From Bacteroidales bacterium (lineage in GTDB: Bacteria; Bacteroidota; Bacteroidia; Bacteroidales; UBA932): 64,000 bases of DNA. The translations under genes and the position numbers were made by a program. Shown piece after piece: positions 21,113-30,486 of the stretch. The notes under the pieces were generated by a model that was not told the DNA's origin, ran no database searches, and saw only the letters and a list, made by a program, of their open reading frames with translations. Each line of letters starts with the position of its first letter. Within the stretch, counting starts at the first letter, position 1. The stretch is from the NCBI GenBank assembly GCA_017554335.1, contig JAFZIO010000053.1:492-64491 (forward strand), in the 5' to 3' direction.

Positions 21113-22837
21113 ATGAAACGACTGATTCTTTGTCTCGGCCTGCTGTGGGCCGTGATGGCCTCCGCTCAGGAGAGGCAGTACATCTGGCCTTCAACGGCCG
21201 TCATGCCTGATTACCAGAAGCATCAGATAGCGGAAATGACGGACAGGGTTAAGGAGCCCGGCTTCAATCCGCAGGAGAACTGTATCGCTTTCCTGGACTG
21301 GTATGAGGCCCCCGAGCATCCGAACGGAGGGTGTATGATTCTGATTTCCGGCGGATCGTACAAGAACTGCTGCGACATAGAGCCGGTGAAGCTGTGGCGG
21401 AAGACCTTTACGGAACTGGGCTTCCAGTGCGTCAACTTTGTGTACCGCACGCCTCGCCCGGAAGGCCTGCCGATTTACCAGAGCGCCTGGGAAGACGGCC
21501 AGCGCGCCGTGAGGCTGGTGCGTAGCCAGGCAACCCGGAGAGGCTTCGACCCGGAGCGTATAGGCACCGTGTCCATGTCGGCCGGCAGCCATCTGGCCCT
21601 GATGCTCGCTACCAGCTCCCTCACGCGTGCGTACGCCCCCATCGACAAACTGGATTCGATTCCCTGCCACACCAACTGGGCGATCGTGCATGCCCCCGCT
21701 TACGTTACGACCGACGGAGAAACGGGCACACGTGCGCTCAGGGCGGGCTACGGCACCGACGTCGGCCTCAGCAGCGTCTTCCGCTTCGACAAGAACACCT
21801 GCCCCATGGTCCTGCTGCACGGCGGCAAGGATCCCTACACGCCTTTCGGCTCCACGCTGGTGTACCGCCAGCTCAGGCGCATGGGCGTGCCGGCGGAGGT
21901 CCACCTGTATCCCGACAAGGGGCACGTGGTCATCGGGCTAGACAGGGCGGTGGAGTTCATGCGCCAGATGGGCTTCATAGGGAAGCCGGAAGCGGAGGTC
22001 CCCCTGATGGACAGGTACGCGTCCGACGACGCCCGCGCGTCATATAAGAAGGAGGCGCTGTGGCCCGAGGGCAAGATGCCGGACGTCCGGGAGGCCCAGT
22101 GCGAGCCGTACCTGGAGTGGCACTTCCCCAAGGAGCTGAAGACCAAGGCTATACAGATTATCTATTCGGGAGGCGGGTACCACAACAACGACCCCGGCAG
22201 CTTCGAGGTCGTTCCGGCCAGGCGCTACCTTAACGAAAAGGGCATGACGGTGGTTACCATGAAGTACCGCACGCCCCGGCCCGAAGGGCTCTCCAAGCAC
22301 ACCACTGCATGGGAGGACCTGCAGAGGGCCATACGCGTCGTGCGCAGCCAGGCAGCCGCTTACGGGCTCGACCCCGACAGGATAGGCATCATGGGCAGTT
22401 CGGCCGGCGGGCATCTTACGCTGATGGGGGCAACTTCTTCCCTGCATCAGTCCTATCTGCCAATAGATGAGCTCGACAAGCTTTCCTGCAAGGTGCAGTG
22501 GGGCGTTGCCATCTATCCGGCGTACGCGCTTACGGACGGAGCCAACGGGCACAACTCCGGCGGCGGCAATGCCGACGACGCCATCCTGGTTCCGGAATTC
22601 TCCTTCGACCTGAATACCGCCCCGCTGCTGATGGTCCACGGCGACGCAGACAAATACGCCTCCATGGCCTCGGTGAAGGTCTGGGAAAAACAGTGCGCGA
22701 TGGGCGTCCAGAGCGAAGTCCACACCCTCGCCACCCGCCCCCACTGCTTCCAGAAAAGCGCCTCCCCCGGCACCGGCAGCTACACATATCTGGACCGCAT
22801 CTGGGAATTCCTGACTGCCAAAGGCTTCAACAAGTAA
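21113..22837 (+). CDS. Secreted tandem alpha/beta-hydrolase (two esterase domains)
   Basis: Two homologous halves with SMSAGSHL and GSSAGGHL nucleophile elbows, each preceded by YRTPRPEGL. Confidence 0.85.
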   Translation: MKRLILCLGLLWAVMASAQERQYIWPSTAVMPDYQKHQIAEMTDRVKEPGFNPQENCIAFLDWYEAPEHPNGGCMILISGGSYKNCCDIEPVKLWRKTFTELGFQCVNFVYRTPRPEGLPIYQSAWEDGQRAVRLVRSQATRRGFDPERIGTVSMSAGSHLALMLATSSLTRAYAPIDKLDSIPCHTNWAIVHAPAYVTTDGETGTRALRAGYGTDVGLSSVFRFDKNTCPMVLLHGGKDPYTPFGSTLVYRQLRRMGVPAEVHLYPDKGHVVIGLDRAVEFMRQMGFIGKPEAEVPLMDRYASDDARASYKKEALWPEGKMPDVREAQCEPYLEWHFPKELKTKAIQIIYSGGGYHNNDPGSFEVVPARRYLNEKGMTVVTMKYRTPRPEGLSKHTTAWEDLQRAIRVVRSQAAAYGLDPDRIGIMGSSAGGHLTLMGATSSLHQSYLPIDELDKLSCKVQWGVAIYPAYALTDGANGHNSGGGNADDAILVPEFSFDLNTAPLLMVHGDADKYASMASVKVWEKQCAMGVQSEVHTLATRPHCFQKSASPGTGSYTYLDRIWEFLTAKGFNK

Positions 22838-22922
22838 TTAAATTTGCAGATTCAATTAATTTTTGCAGATTCTCCGAAAAGCCTTATATTTGCAGTCCCG
22901 TTTGACACGACGTGGTGAGATT

Positions 22923-23011
22923 GGAGAGGTGGGTGAGTGGCTGAAACCACCGGTTTGCTAAACCGACGTACGGGTCATTCCGTACCACGAGTTCGAATCT
23001 CGTCCTCTCCG
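22923..23011 (+). tRNA. tRNA-Ser(GCT)
   Basis: GGAGAGG/CCTCTCC acceptor stem, anticodon loop TT-GCT-AA, long variable arm, GTTCGAATC T-loop; TATATTTG promoter box upstream. Confidence 0.97.
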
Positions 23012-23017
23012 CAAAGA

Positions 23018-23058
23018 AATCGCTGTAACCTACTGAAATTCGGCAAGTTACAGCGATT
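23018..23058 (+). terminator. Stem-loop after tRNA (element-supplied)
   Basis: AATCGCTGTAAC...GTTACAGCGATT perfect 12-bp stem followed by an AT/T-rich run. Confidence 0.6.
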
Positions 23059-23069
23059 ATTATTTTATT

Positions 23070-23093
23070 ATTCACCCAAAAATTCACCCAAAT
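23070..23093. promoter_or_regulatory. Putative integrase arm-type binding repeats, left end
   Basis: ATTCACCCAAAAATTCACCCAAAT, identical copy at 30195-30218 near the right att. Confidence 0.7.
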
Positions 23094-23095
23094 TT

Positions 23096-23761
23096 CTACC
23101 TCTTACAACGGATTCTACCCAATATTTCGGGGTTGTCTTGAAGGTATTTTTCTAATTTTTCTCGGTTGAACTTCCAGCACTGACCGACTTTATACTGAAT
23201 GGCCTCCTTCTTCAAGACGCCGCTTTTTATTATGGAGAATGCCATTGTTCTTCCGCAGCCCAGGAAGTCGGCAAGCCCCTGTGTGCTGCTCAAGATTTTC
23301 GGAGGCTCTGCCTGAGGTTGAGGTTTAGAAGAGGTCGGGATCTGGACGTCCTTTTCTGTGCCACCATTAGCCTCAGCCTGTTCCTTCATGCGCTTGTCGT
23401 GTTCAGCTCGGTTTCGTTTCAGGGTGGGCCCCAACTCGGACTTAAAGAGGCGGGGGTCCATAGCCCTCAACGCGTCACGTAATCTCGCATACGAGGATAA
23501 TAGGGTACGGACGGGCAAAATGTCGTTACCCTCGTCCTTGACCTTGGTTAGATATCCCAGTCGGCTTGCGACCTGCTTGCCATATACGGAATACAGGTAT
23601 CGGTACGACCCGTCCTGCTGCTTCATTGTCTTCACCTCTCCCAATTTCGACATGAAGGCCGTTTCCAGCTGGATCAACTCTTCCCGTGTAGGTACCGGCT
23701 TATCCTTTACCCAAATTGTCCTCTCCAAGTAATCAGAGAATGCAGCGTCTGTAGTAATCAT
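23096..23761 (-). CDS. Protein with C-terminal excisionase-like HTH
   Basis: C-terminal GLADFLGCGRTMAFSIIKSG...YKVGQCWKFNREKL resembles Xis/HTH_17; located at att end. Confidence 0.6.
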   Translation of the reverse strand: MITTDAAFSDYLERTIWVKDKPVPTREELIQLETAFMSKLGEVKTMKQQDGSYRYLYSVYGKQVASRLGYLTKVKDEGNDILPVRTLLSSYARLRDALRAMDPRLFKSELGPTLKRNRAEHDKRMKEQAEANGGTEKDVQIPTSSKPQPQAEPPKILSSTQGLADFLGCGRTMAFSIIKSGVLKKEAIQYKVGQCWKFNREKLEKYLQDNPEILGRIRCKR

Positions 23762-23763
23762 GG

Positions 23764-24324
23764 TCAGTTGGTAGTTAGGTTTTCTATCATGTATTCCGCA
23801 AGTTTATCCCCGTCCCACTCCAGCTCCAATGTGCTGTCACCAAAGAAACGGGGGCAGTCGGAGGCGTGAAACGTACCATCCTTATCCCAACGGAGCCACA
23901 TGTATCTGCCAAGTGCCTGATAATACATGACCACTACGACACTATCGTTGAAGCGGCAATAGAAAGCCCTCGTAGTCTCCTTGTTAGAGGATAAGCGCAC
24001 CATATTGCAGATTGCCTCTTTAAGCTCGTCAGTCGTTAGTTTTCGGGGCTCCGGTGGGGTAATCGGCGGCTCGTCTGGCAACGGGACGATTGCAAAGCGC
24101 TGGCTACCCAAGGTGAGAATACCGGCGGGGTCAGTAGGAGGCACTTCGGGGAAAAGTTCCTGTATCGGGACACCAAGGGCGTCGGCGATATCCTGCAGTC
24201 GGGACAATGTGGGGTTGCCCTCCAAGCCCTTTTTGAGGTTAGATTGGTCCATGCCGAGTTTGGTTGCCAAATCAGCCATCCTCATTCCACGTTCCTTGAG
24301 TAGTTGTAGGACTTTATCTTTCAT
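23764..24324 (-). CDS. XRE-family HTH transcriptional regulator
   Basis: LLKERGMRMADLATKLGMDQSNL...NPTLSRLQDIADALGV. Confidence 0.85.
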   Translation of the reverse strand: MKDKVLQLLKERGMRMADLATKLGMDQSNLKKGLEGNPTLSRLQDIADALGVPIQELFPEVPPTDPAGILTLGSQRFAIVPLPDEPPITPPEPRKLTTDELKEAICNMVRLSSNKETTRAFYCRFNDSVVVVMYYQALGRYMWLRWDKDGTFHASDCPRFFGDSTLELEWDGDKLAEYMIENLTTN

Positions 24325-24497
24325 GTTACGGGTGATTACCCTGCAAATTTAAGACTTTAGTAATAAAATACAAAATATTAGCAAAAATATGTAAAATTAT
24401 ACCATAAAAATTTGGATAATTGGTAGTTTATTACTATATTTGTAGCAGAAACAGGAGAGAATAAGTAATAGAATACCTGCCGCAAATAAAAACCAAT

Positions 24498-24851
24498 ATG
24501 AACGCACTCGTAATCACCCCAAAAGAAGCCCAAAGGGCACTTGTCATTGCCACCCGCACCAACGCTAACACGCCGGCCGAGTTCTTAGTTGCCGGAGCCA
24601 AGGCTGCTATGGTCGCTGAACTCAAAAAGCGTATGCAGACCTCAGTTGTCGAGTTCTACTTCGTCAAGAAATCCACCGGAGAACTCCGTAGGGCATTCGG
24701 CACAACCATGTCCAGCCTCGTTTCTCGCCACATCAACGGTCGCGGCATTGATAGGGAGAGTGTCAATACTGTTGCCTTCTGGGACACGGAGGCACAGGGC
24801 GAGAATAAGTGGCGCTCTTTCCGTTATGAAACGCTCGTCAAGGTTTGTTAG
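24498..24851 (+). CDS. WYL_2/DUF2693-like SH3 beta-barrel protein
   Basis: VVEFYFVKKSTGELRRAFGT...FWDTE...WRSFR pattern. Confidence 0.7.
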   Translation: MNALVITPKEAQRALVIATRTNANTPAEFLVAGAKAAMVAELKKRMQTSVVEFYFVKKSTGELRRAFGTTMSSLVSRHINGRGIDRESVNTVAFWDTEAQGENKWRSFRYETLVKVC

Positions 24852-24867
24852 CTAGATCAAAAGCATC

Positions 24868-25455
24868 ATGTCACGCAAGCATCAATACACTACTTCCGAC
24901 TATCTCGAATGGGATACGGCCATGAATTTGGTTAGGCGCCTATACAAAGACGGAAACTACCGAATGTCACTTCTCATAGGATGTGGCTGCTTCATGGGGC
25001 TCCGGTTCTCGGACCTTCGCACTCTTACATGGTCCCAACTGCTCAACGAGGACCGCATTGCCCTCAACGAGCAGAAGACGGGCAAGCACAGGGAGATCCG
25101 GGTTAATAAGGCCCTCCAACAGCATGCTCATGACTGCTATGTAGCTCTTGGCCTCGAGGATGTCAATCAGCCGTGCTTCCTCAATAGGTTCGGAGGCGTA
25201 ATCTCAGCCCAAATGGTCAATAGGCATTTCAAGACCCTGAGGGTCCGTTACCAAGTCAAGGTCCGCAACTTCTCTACTCACTCCCTTCGCAAGACCTTCG
25301 GCCGGAGGGTAGTTGAGCTGGCAGGCCCTAATAGCGAAATGGCCCTCATAAAGCTATCGGACATTTTCAATCATGCCTCTCCAATGGTTACTCGCCGTTA
25401 CCTCGGGCTCCGGCAGGAGGAACTCGAAGAGGTATATGAGAATATGTGCCTTTAA
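24868..25455 (+). CDS. Small tyrosine recombinase (catalytic domain only; resolvase-like)
   Basis: GLRFSD (R), KTGK (K), HSLRKTFG (H-x-x-R), FNH, TRRYLG (Y). Confidence 0.9.
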   Translation: MSRKHQYTTSDYLEWDTAMNLVRRLYKDGNYRMSLLIGCGCFMGLRFSDLRTLTWSQLLNEDRIALNEQKTGKHREIRVNKALQQHAHDCYVALGLEDVNQPCFLNRFGGVISAQMVNRHFKTLRVRYQVKVRNFSTHSLRKTFGRRVVELAGPNSEMALIKLSDIFNHASPMVTRRYLGLRQEELEEVYENMCL

Positions 25456-25460
25456 GTAGG

Positions 25461-25796
25461 TTAGTAGCTTGAAGTATATTGGTAAAACCTCCCTGCGTCG
25501 GTGAAGTACAAGGTCGCCCCACCTAGTCCAGCGTGATAAGTTACAGTACGCACTACTCCATTTACCCTATATACATCATCACCCATACCGCAAATTTTCG
25601 AAATCTGCTCATAAGTCATTCCATATGTAACATCGCCATCTTGCAGTGCCGTTTCAATGGACTTATAACTATCGAGTTCTTCTTCATAATCATAAACGGA
25701 GCTATCCCTTGAGTTGTTTCGCGAATGGCAAGACGAAAGCATCATCGCGCAAATGGCGATTAGGCAGATACCCTTAATAAAAGAATGAGTTCTCAT
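25461..25796 (-). CDS. Small hypothetical lipoprotein
   Basis: Hydrophobic leader ending LSSC. Confidence 0.6.
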   Translation of the reverse strand: MRTHSFIKGICLIAICAMMLSSCHSRNNSRDSSVYDYEEELDSYKSIETALQDGDVTYGMTYEQISKICGMGDDVYRVNGVVRTVTYHAGLGGATLYFTDAGRFYQYTSSY

Positions 25797-25806
25797 GGTG
25801 GGCTTG

Positions 25807-26022
25807 TTATTTGTGTGATTTTTTATGTTGTTTTATCGCCTCTACGATATCATCTTTTGTATTGCATTCAACGCCGTCCTCAAAGACGACTACCGTATTT
25901 GGTGTATGCAGCAATGATGCAACCTCATGTATTTTTTGTGCTTGCGTATTGAGAGAAGCATTATTTCCGCCTTCTTCCAAAGAAAAGAAAGAATAATCAA
26001 CCAGAATTTTAATCCTTTGCAT
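25807..26022 (-). CDS. Hypothetical protein
   Basis: 71-aa ATG ORF tightly packed between co-oriented genes. Confidence 0.5.
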   Translation of the reverse strand: MQRIKILVDYSFFSLEEGGNNASLNTQAQKIHEVASLLHTPNTVVVFEDGVECNTKDDIVEAIKQHKKSHK

Positions 26023-26026
26023 ATTC

Positions 26027-26767
26027 TCAATACTTTATGGTATTAGTATTACTCGGAGCATGGTCCAAACCCTTCGGCCAATATACAGTAGTGGCGGTCG
26101 TGCAGCCATAAAATGCGTCATACGCCACTTCTTTGACCGTTTTAGGTATCCTTATAGTCTTTAGGCTCTTACACTTTGCAAATGCTTCGCTTCCTATAGT
26201 TTCGAGGCCGGCCTGTAGTTCAATCTCTTCTAGTAATTCACATCCTTTAAACGCCCTCTCCCCAATGCTCTTTACTGATTTTGGTATTACAATCCTTCTA
26301 AGCAACTTACAACAATAAAAAGCTGAAGTCGGGATCTCTGTCAAAGATGAAGATAGTGTGATTTCTTTAAGAGAACGGCCAAAAGCGTGAGGATCAATTC
26401 TTTTTACAGTATTTGGAAGAACGATTTTTTCTATGTTACCTGCGAGCATTTTTATCCTTGTTACTGATGTAGGAACAATAATTGATTTAATGCCCCAATT
26501 GGATCCATTATATTCTATAGCCGAAAATGACGGAGAGTACTTTACATAAAAGCGGTCTCCTTTTTGGGTGCAAGATTCAATTTTGAATTCTTCAACTGTC
26601 GTCTCTTGCGGCCCAAAGAGATTGCAAAGAATTTTGGCGACCGCATCTTCATTCCGCTCGATGACCGAAGGGTCCTTCAGCTCAAAAATAATCTCATCCG
26701 ATTGAGCACTAGCGCGGTTGATAAAAGAAAGACAAGCAAGCAACAGCAATAACAGCCTCTTTTTCAT
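26027..26767 (-). CDS. Secreted BspA-type leucine-rich repeat (LRR_5) protein
   Basis: MKKRLLLLLL signal peptide; repeats such as IPKSVKSIGERAFKGCELL. Confidence 0.85.
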   Translation of the reverse strand: MKKRLLLLLLACLSFINRASAQSDEIIFELKDPSVIERNEDAVAKILCNLFGPQETTVEEFKIESCTQKGDRFYVKYSPSFSAIEYNGSNWGIKSIIVPTSVTRIKMLAGNIEKIVLPNTVKRIDPHAFGRSLKEITLSSSLTEIPTSAFYCCKLLRRIVIPKSVKSIGERAFKGCELLEEIELQAGLETIGSEAFAKCKSLKTIRIPKTVKEVAYDAFYGCTTATTVYWPKGLDHAPSNTNTIKY

Positions 26768-27633
26768 ATATTCTTTTCTGTGGCATTGGCTCCGGCATTG
26801 CCGATTATCGCAAAACAAAAGTGTGGAGCCATTTTCGCCTATTTTGTGGGGGGCTTCGCAGGGCCTTGACAGAAATAAACTACTGATAACACTCCACACT
26901 CGGCCTGATATGGAGTGACGCTCCGAGAATCGGAGGGGACCACATAACCAAAGCGCGAGCGGCAAGCATCATCGTAATCCTTCTGTCGTTGAAACTGCGA
27001 ATTTCCCACAAAGGACACGAAAAACACTTTCGCACAAATATGTATGTCATCTAACGATGACGACGTAAAGATATAAATTGTTTTTCAAGATTCCTAGCAC
27101 AAAATCAAGAAAAAGATAGCGTTGAGGCTTCTATGAATTAAACAACCTAAGTTTCACCTATCTTATAAGTGAAACATGCATCATGCTGACATAGGTGCAG
27201 TTGCAGAATGGGCGACCAAAAGACGTTTCACTTATAGCATCTGACGGAGGAAAGGGGCACATCATCGAAGCGATCGCTCCCGGATCAAAAGCATAAATGC
27301 CCGTTATTGTGCGAACATAACCCACCTCGCCTAAATGAACATATTTCTCCTGGAAACGCTTTGTTCCAATCGCCTCTGCAATATTGTCAGTGGCTGTTTT
27401 TTGCGTTTATTTTCGACAACGAATGCCCCTCCTTTCCCCTCTATTTCTCCATGCGTCGTGTGTAAGTCGCTAACGAATACAACCCGTAGTAGCATGTATA
27501 GTAGGCATAGGGTCGTCCTAAACATGGCATCTGCCTCCCGGATCAACTTTTTCCCCGACCTACTACGCTTTCCTTTTTTACGGGTGGTTGTATATTTATT
27601 ATTGGAGGCCGGCATAGAGACGCCGGAGGAACT

Positions 27634-27834
27634 ATGAAAGAATACAAACGACAATGGCGCGAACTCTCCGATGAGCACAAGGAGAAGATTAGCCTCGCGA
27701 CTGCCAACAAACCCAAAAGCGCGGAGCACCGAGCACATATCAGTCAGGCGATGAGGGACTACTGGTATTCCGTGCCTCATAGACCAGACGTAGAAAGCGG
27801 GCACACAACCATGAACGACCTAATTGGAGCATGA
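27634..27834 (+). CDS. Small NUMOD3-like DNA-binding protein
   Basis: Two motifs, LSDEHKEKIS and KSAEHRAHIS. Confidence 0.55.
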   Translation: MKEYKRQWRELSDEHKEKISLATANKPKSAEHRAHISQAMRDYWYSVPHRPDVESGHTTMNDLIGA

Positions 27835-27898
27835 GTTCTCTACTTGTCAAGGGGACGCTGACGTAAAAAATAATGCAAGCAGAAGACAAAGATGAAAC

Positions 27899-28831
27899 GT
27901 GATTACATTAGACAAAGTAAAGATGGTCGCTACTCTTGATTGCCTGTTGAGTTTTGATCCGGGCAAATTTGCAGTAACCAATGAGGGAGGCATAACCAAG
28001 ACAATGAAGTTCAAAATGACCGACCCATTTACCCTCTCCATAGAAATTAACTATATAGCAAGTGAGTTAGTGGTAGAGTTTACCGGCAAGATTTTGGGAA
28101 AGGACTACCCTCAACTGATTTCAAAGGACACTATCGAGACATGCTTCGCCAGGCTGAACGAACTCGGGATATGCGGGGTAGATACAGCCAAGATGATGAA
28201 TGCAGAGGTGGTCAAATGCGATGTGACCAAAGACGTTCCCATTGAAGACATACCGGCTCTTACTCGCTATGTCAAAGGAGCGCTCCGGAATTATGAGGCA
28301 TTCACATGTACCAAGTTCCGCAACGGAAATCTCGTCGTAGAGAAGAGTGTCAGCACACAAAAGCGAAAGAGAAGAATAACCATATACGATAAGCAGCATG
28401 AAATGAACTTACAAGGAGAAAGGCCATTCGTTTCCAGCAATGGCCTCGAAGGGAAATACGACGGAGTGTGCAGGTTTGAACTGAACCTGACCTCCAAGAA
28501 GCAGATCCGGGAGGCACTATGCCTTACAGGTACTACACTTTCGGAGGTCCTATGGTCCGACAAGAACCCTATCCAAGATTATCTGCGTGACGTCCTCGCT
28601 GACGACCAAGAAGGGAAGTCGGTCTCGAGTTGGAAAGACCTCGAGAAGTATGCGGTCTTAGCCTTATGCGATTATGATATCGCTAAGGTTGAGGCTATGG
28701 CTCGGCGATACAAGAACCCGCGCAGCACAAGTATTCCAAACATGATGAAACGTTATAGAGAAATCCTCGCAGGGTTGCCGGAAGAAGGGGCCACATGGAC
28801 CAAGGAGAAACTGCTCACATGCATAGGGTGA
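27899..28831 (+). CDS. Putative rolling-circle replication initiator (Rep_trans / phage gpII-X-like)
   Basis: VVKCDVTKD, RITIYDKQHE, RFELNL motifs; position between candidate origin and integrase. Confidence 0.55.
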   Translation: MITLDKVKMVATLDCLLSFDPGKFAVTNEGGITKTMKFKMTDPFTLSIEINYIASELVVEFTGKILGKDYPQLISKDTIETCFARLNELGICGVDTAKMMNAEVVKCDVTKDVPIEDIPALTRYVKGALRNYEAFTCTKFRNGNLVVEKSVSTQKRKRRITIYDKQHEMNLQGERPFVSSNGLEGKYDGVCRFELNLTSKKQIREALCLTGTTLSEVLWSDKNPIQDYLRDVLADDQEGKSVSSWKDLEKYAVLALCDYDIAKVEAMARRYKNPRSTSIPNMMKRYREILAGLPEEGATWTKEKLLTCIG

Positions 28832-28854
28832 CGACCCTGCTAGATCAAAAACGC

Positions 28855-30147
28855 TCATGTTTTATTTTTAGCCGGCCGGCCTCGTTTCTTTTTAGCCTTT
28901 CCGTCAAGAGCGTCAATGACTTTATCAGTTGCGCCAGGAAGAACTTTCAAGTAGGGCTTCATTTTCGTCACATCGGAGTGCGACGTTATCATGGCAATCT
29001 CGTCCAAGGTGCTGCCACTTGCATGGGCTAAACTGACAAAGGTCCTTCGGGCGGTATGAGTGGAGAGGTCTTCCTTCGGGGTCCGAACAATCTCCTGTTT
29101 GTCCAAGCGGTACTCGTAGTCAATCCACTCACCTTGCAATTTGGCGGCTTTCCCCAGATCCTTCAGGTGAGCATTGTACTTTTGGTTGGTCAGGACGGGA
29201 AAAACAAGGTCGTCGTCCAAGAGCATGTTCTTATATTTTTTGTATATTTCAACAGCCCGGGAGGCAAGTTTGTAACTAACTCTATCCTCGTCTTTCTCCG
29301 TGACGATGTCAATGTCGTAGTCGCCGTTAGAACGCTTATGAATGTTGTCATGCTTGAGTTGTTTCAGGTCAGAGTACCGGAGGGCGGTGTAGCATTGAAA
29401 GACGAAGAAGTCGCGTGTGCGCTCCAACTGCTCGTCATAGGTTAAGTCGAGGTCGTATATTGTGTCGAGTTCCTCCCTTGTTAGGAACCGGACTTGTTTC
29501 TTGGCTGTTTGTAGGCGAGGCTCAAAAGTGAAGTATTCCTCATGAATGGGGTAGTTGCGTTTTTGGGCCCAAACTATGAACTGACGGAAGTAGGATAGGT
29601 TTTTAATTATGGTGTCATTGTACATGGTCTTTGAGAGGTGTGTCATGAAGGCGTCCATTGTCTTAACGGATAGGTCGGAGAACTTCATGTCGGGCTTGAA
29701 AACCTCAACGCTCTTTTGGAGCCGTTCAAATACGTCCACCATGTCTTTCTTCCATGCACGAGCCCTTTCCTGCTGAGCCCTGAACTGCTCAAAGGCGGCA
29801 AAGAACTCTTCCGCCTTGGCTTCTTCGCCAATTTTGAACTTCTTGTTGAACCGGCTTTTGAGGTCCTGCAGGGAGGGCTCGACACTTCGGGTTGCTGCCT
29901 GGGCGAAGTAGTCTCGGACGAACTGCTCCTGTTTGTCGAGTGTCTCGTTGAGGGTGTTGTAGGAGTAGCCATTGACCACGCAGCCCTGCTTTACTCGCTG
30001 CCTCTCGCTGTTCCACTGCTTTGGTGTTAGGGCTATGCCCGTGTAGAGGTCTATGCGGCCTTGGGCGCTGACCCGAAGGCGGACGAAGCATTGCCCTCGT
30101 TTGTCAGGGACCGAGAGGGTGGTCTGTGTGCGAAATTTCGTAAGCAT
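28855..30147 (-). CDS. Tyrosine integrase (Bacteroidetes arm-binding + SAM-like + catalytic domains)
   Basis: VRLRVS arm domain, YTALRYSD, STHTARRTF, SH...MKPY; adjacent to att. Confidence 0.93.
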   Translation of the reverse strand: MLTKFRTQTTLSVPDKRGQCFVRLRVSAQGRIDLYTGIALTPKQWNSERQRVKQGCVVNGYSYNTLNETLDKQEQFVRDYFAQAATRSVEPSLQDLKSRFNKKFKIGEEAKAEEFFAAFEQFRAQQERARAWKKDMVDVFERLQKSVEVFKPDMKFSDLSVKTMDAFMTHLSKTMYNDTIIKNLSYFRQFIVWAQKRNYPIHEEYFTFEPRLQTAKKQVRFLTREELDTIYDLDLTYDEQLERTRDFFVFQCYTALRYSDLKQLKHDNIHKRSNGDYDIDIVTEKDEDRVSYKLASRAVEIYKKYKNMLLDDDLVFPVLTNQKYNAHLKDLGKAAKLQGEWIDYEYRLDKQEIVRTPKEDLSTHTARRTFVSLAHASGSTLDEIAMITSHSDVTKMKPYLKVLPGATDKVIDALDGKAKKKRGRPAKNKT

Positions 30148-30194
30148 TGGACTTTGGGTTTTATCTTTGGTCTTAAAGATAGTATAAAAATATC

Positions 30195-30218
30195 ATTCAC
30201 CCAAAAATTCACCCAAAT
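30195..30218. promoter_or_regulatory. Putative integrase arm-type binding repeats, right end
   Basis: Identical to 23070-23093. Confidence 0.7.
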
Positions 30219-30357
30219 ATTAGCAAAATATTGCAAAATGACGCGGTTTTTGCTTTTGTTTATTTATTTGATAATCAGTTGTTTCTCAAAATGTTGCGAT
30301 ATGCTACAGCATATCCGCCCCAATCTCGTCCTCTCCGCGCAATGCAATCAGCAAAAG

Positions 30358-30383
30358 GTGCCGCACGAAAGTGCGGCATTTTT
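30358..30383 (+). terminator. Intrinsic terminator, probably the pre-insertion tRNA terminator
   Basis: GTGCCGCAC-GAAA-GTGCGGCAT-TTTT just after the right att. Confidence 0.75.
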
Positions 30384-30486
30384 GCGTTCAGGTGCGGCCG
30401 TCGTGAGCTCGCTCACGTAAGGCTGTGCCGGGGCGCAAAAAGTGGCGGCTACCGCCACACCTTCTTGCTGATTGCTCACGGAGAGA

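Larger units (their letters stand above)
22996..30338. mobile_element. ~7.3 kb integrative element inserted in the 3' end of tRNA-Ser
   Basis: 17-bp direct repeat AATCTCGTCCTCTCCGC at 22996-23012 and 30322-30338; integrase next to the right end; visibly lower GC than flanks. Confidence 0.92.

Noticed and set aside
22835-22873. Short tandem duplication (ATTAA.TTTGCAGATTC) before the tRNA promoter
   Set aside because: Low-complexity AT-rich promoter sequence; two imperfect copies are too weak to interpret.
22996-30338. Prophage or inovirus
   Set aside because: No terminase, capsid, tail, Zot/pI ATPase or run of small coat genes is visible.
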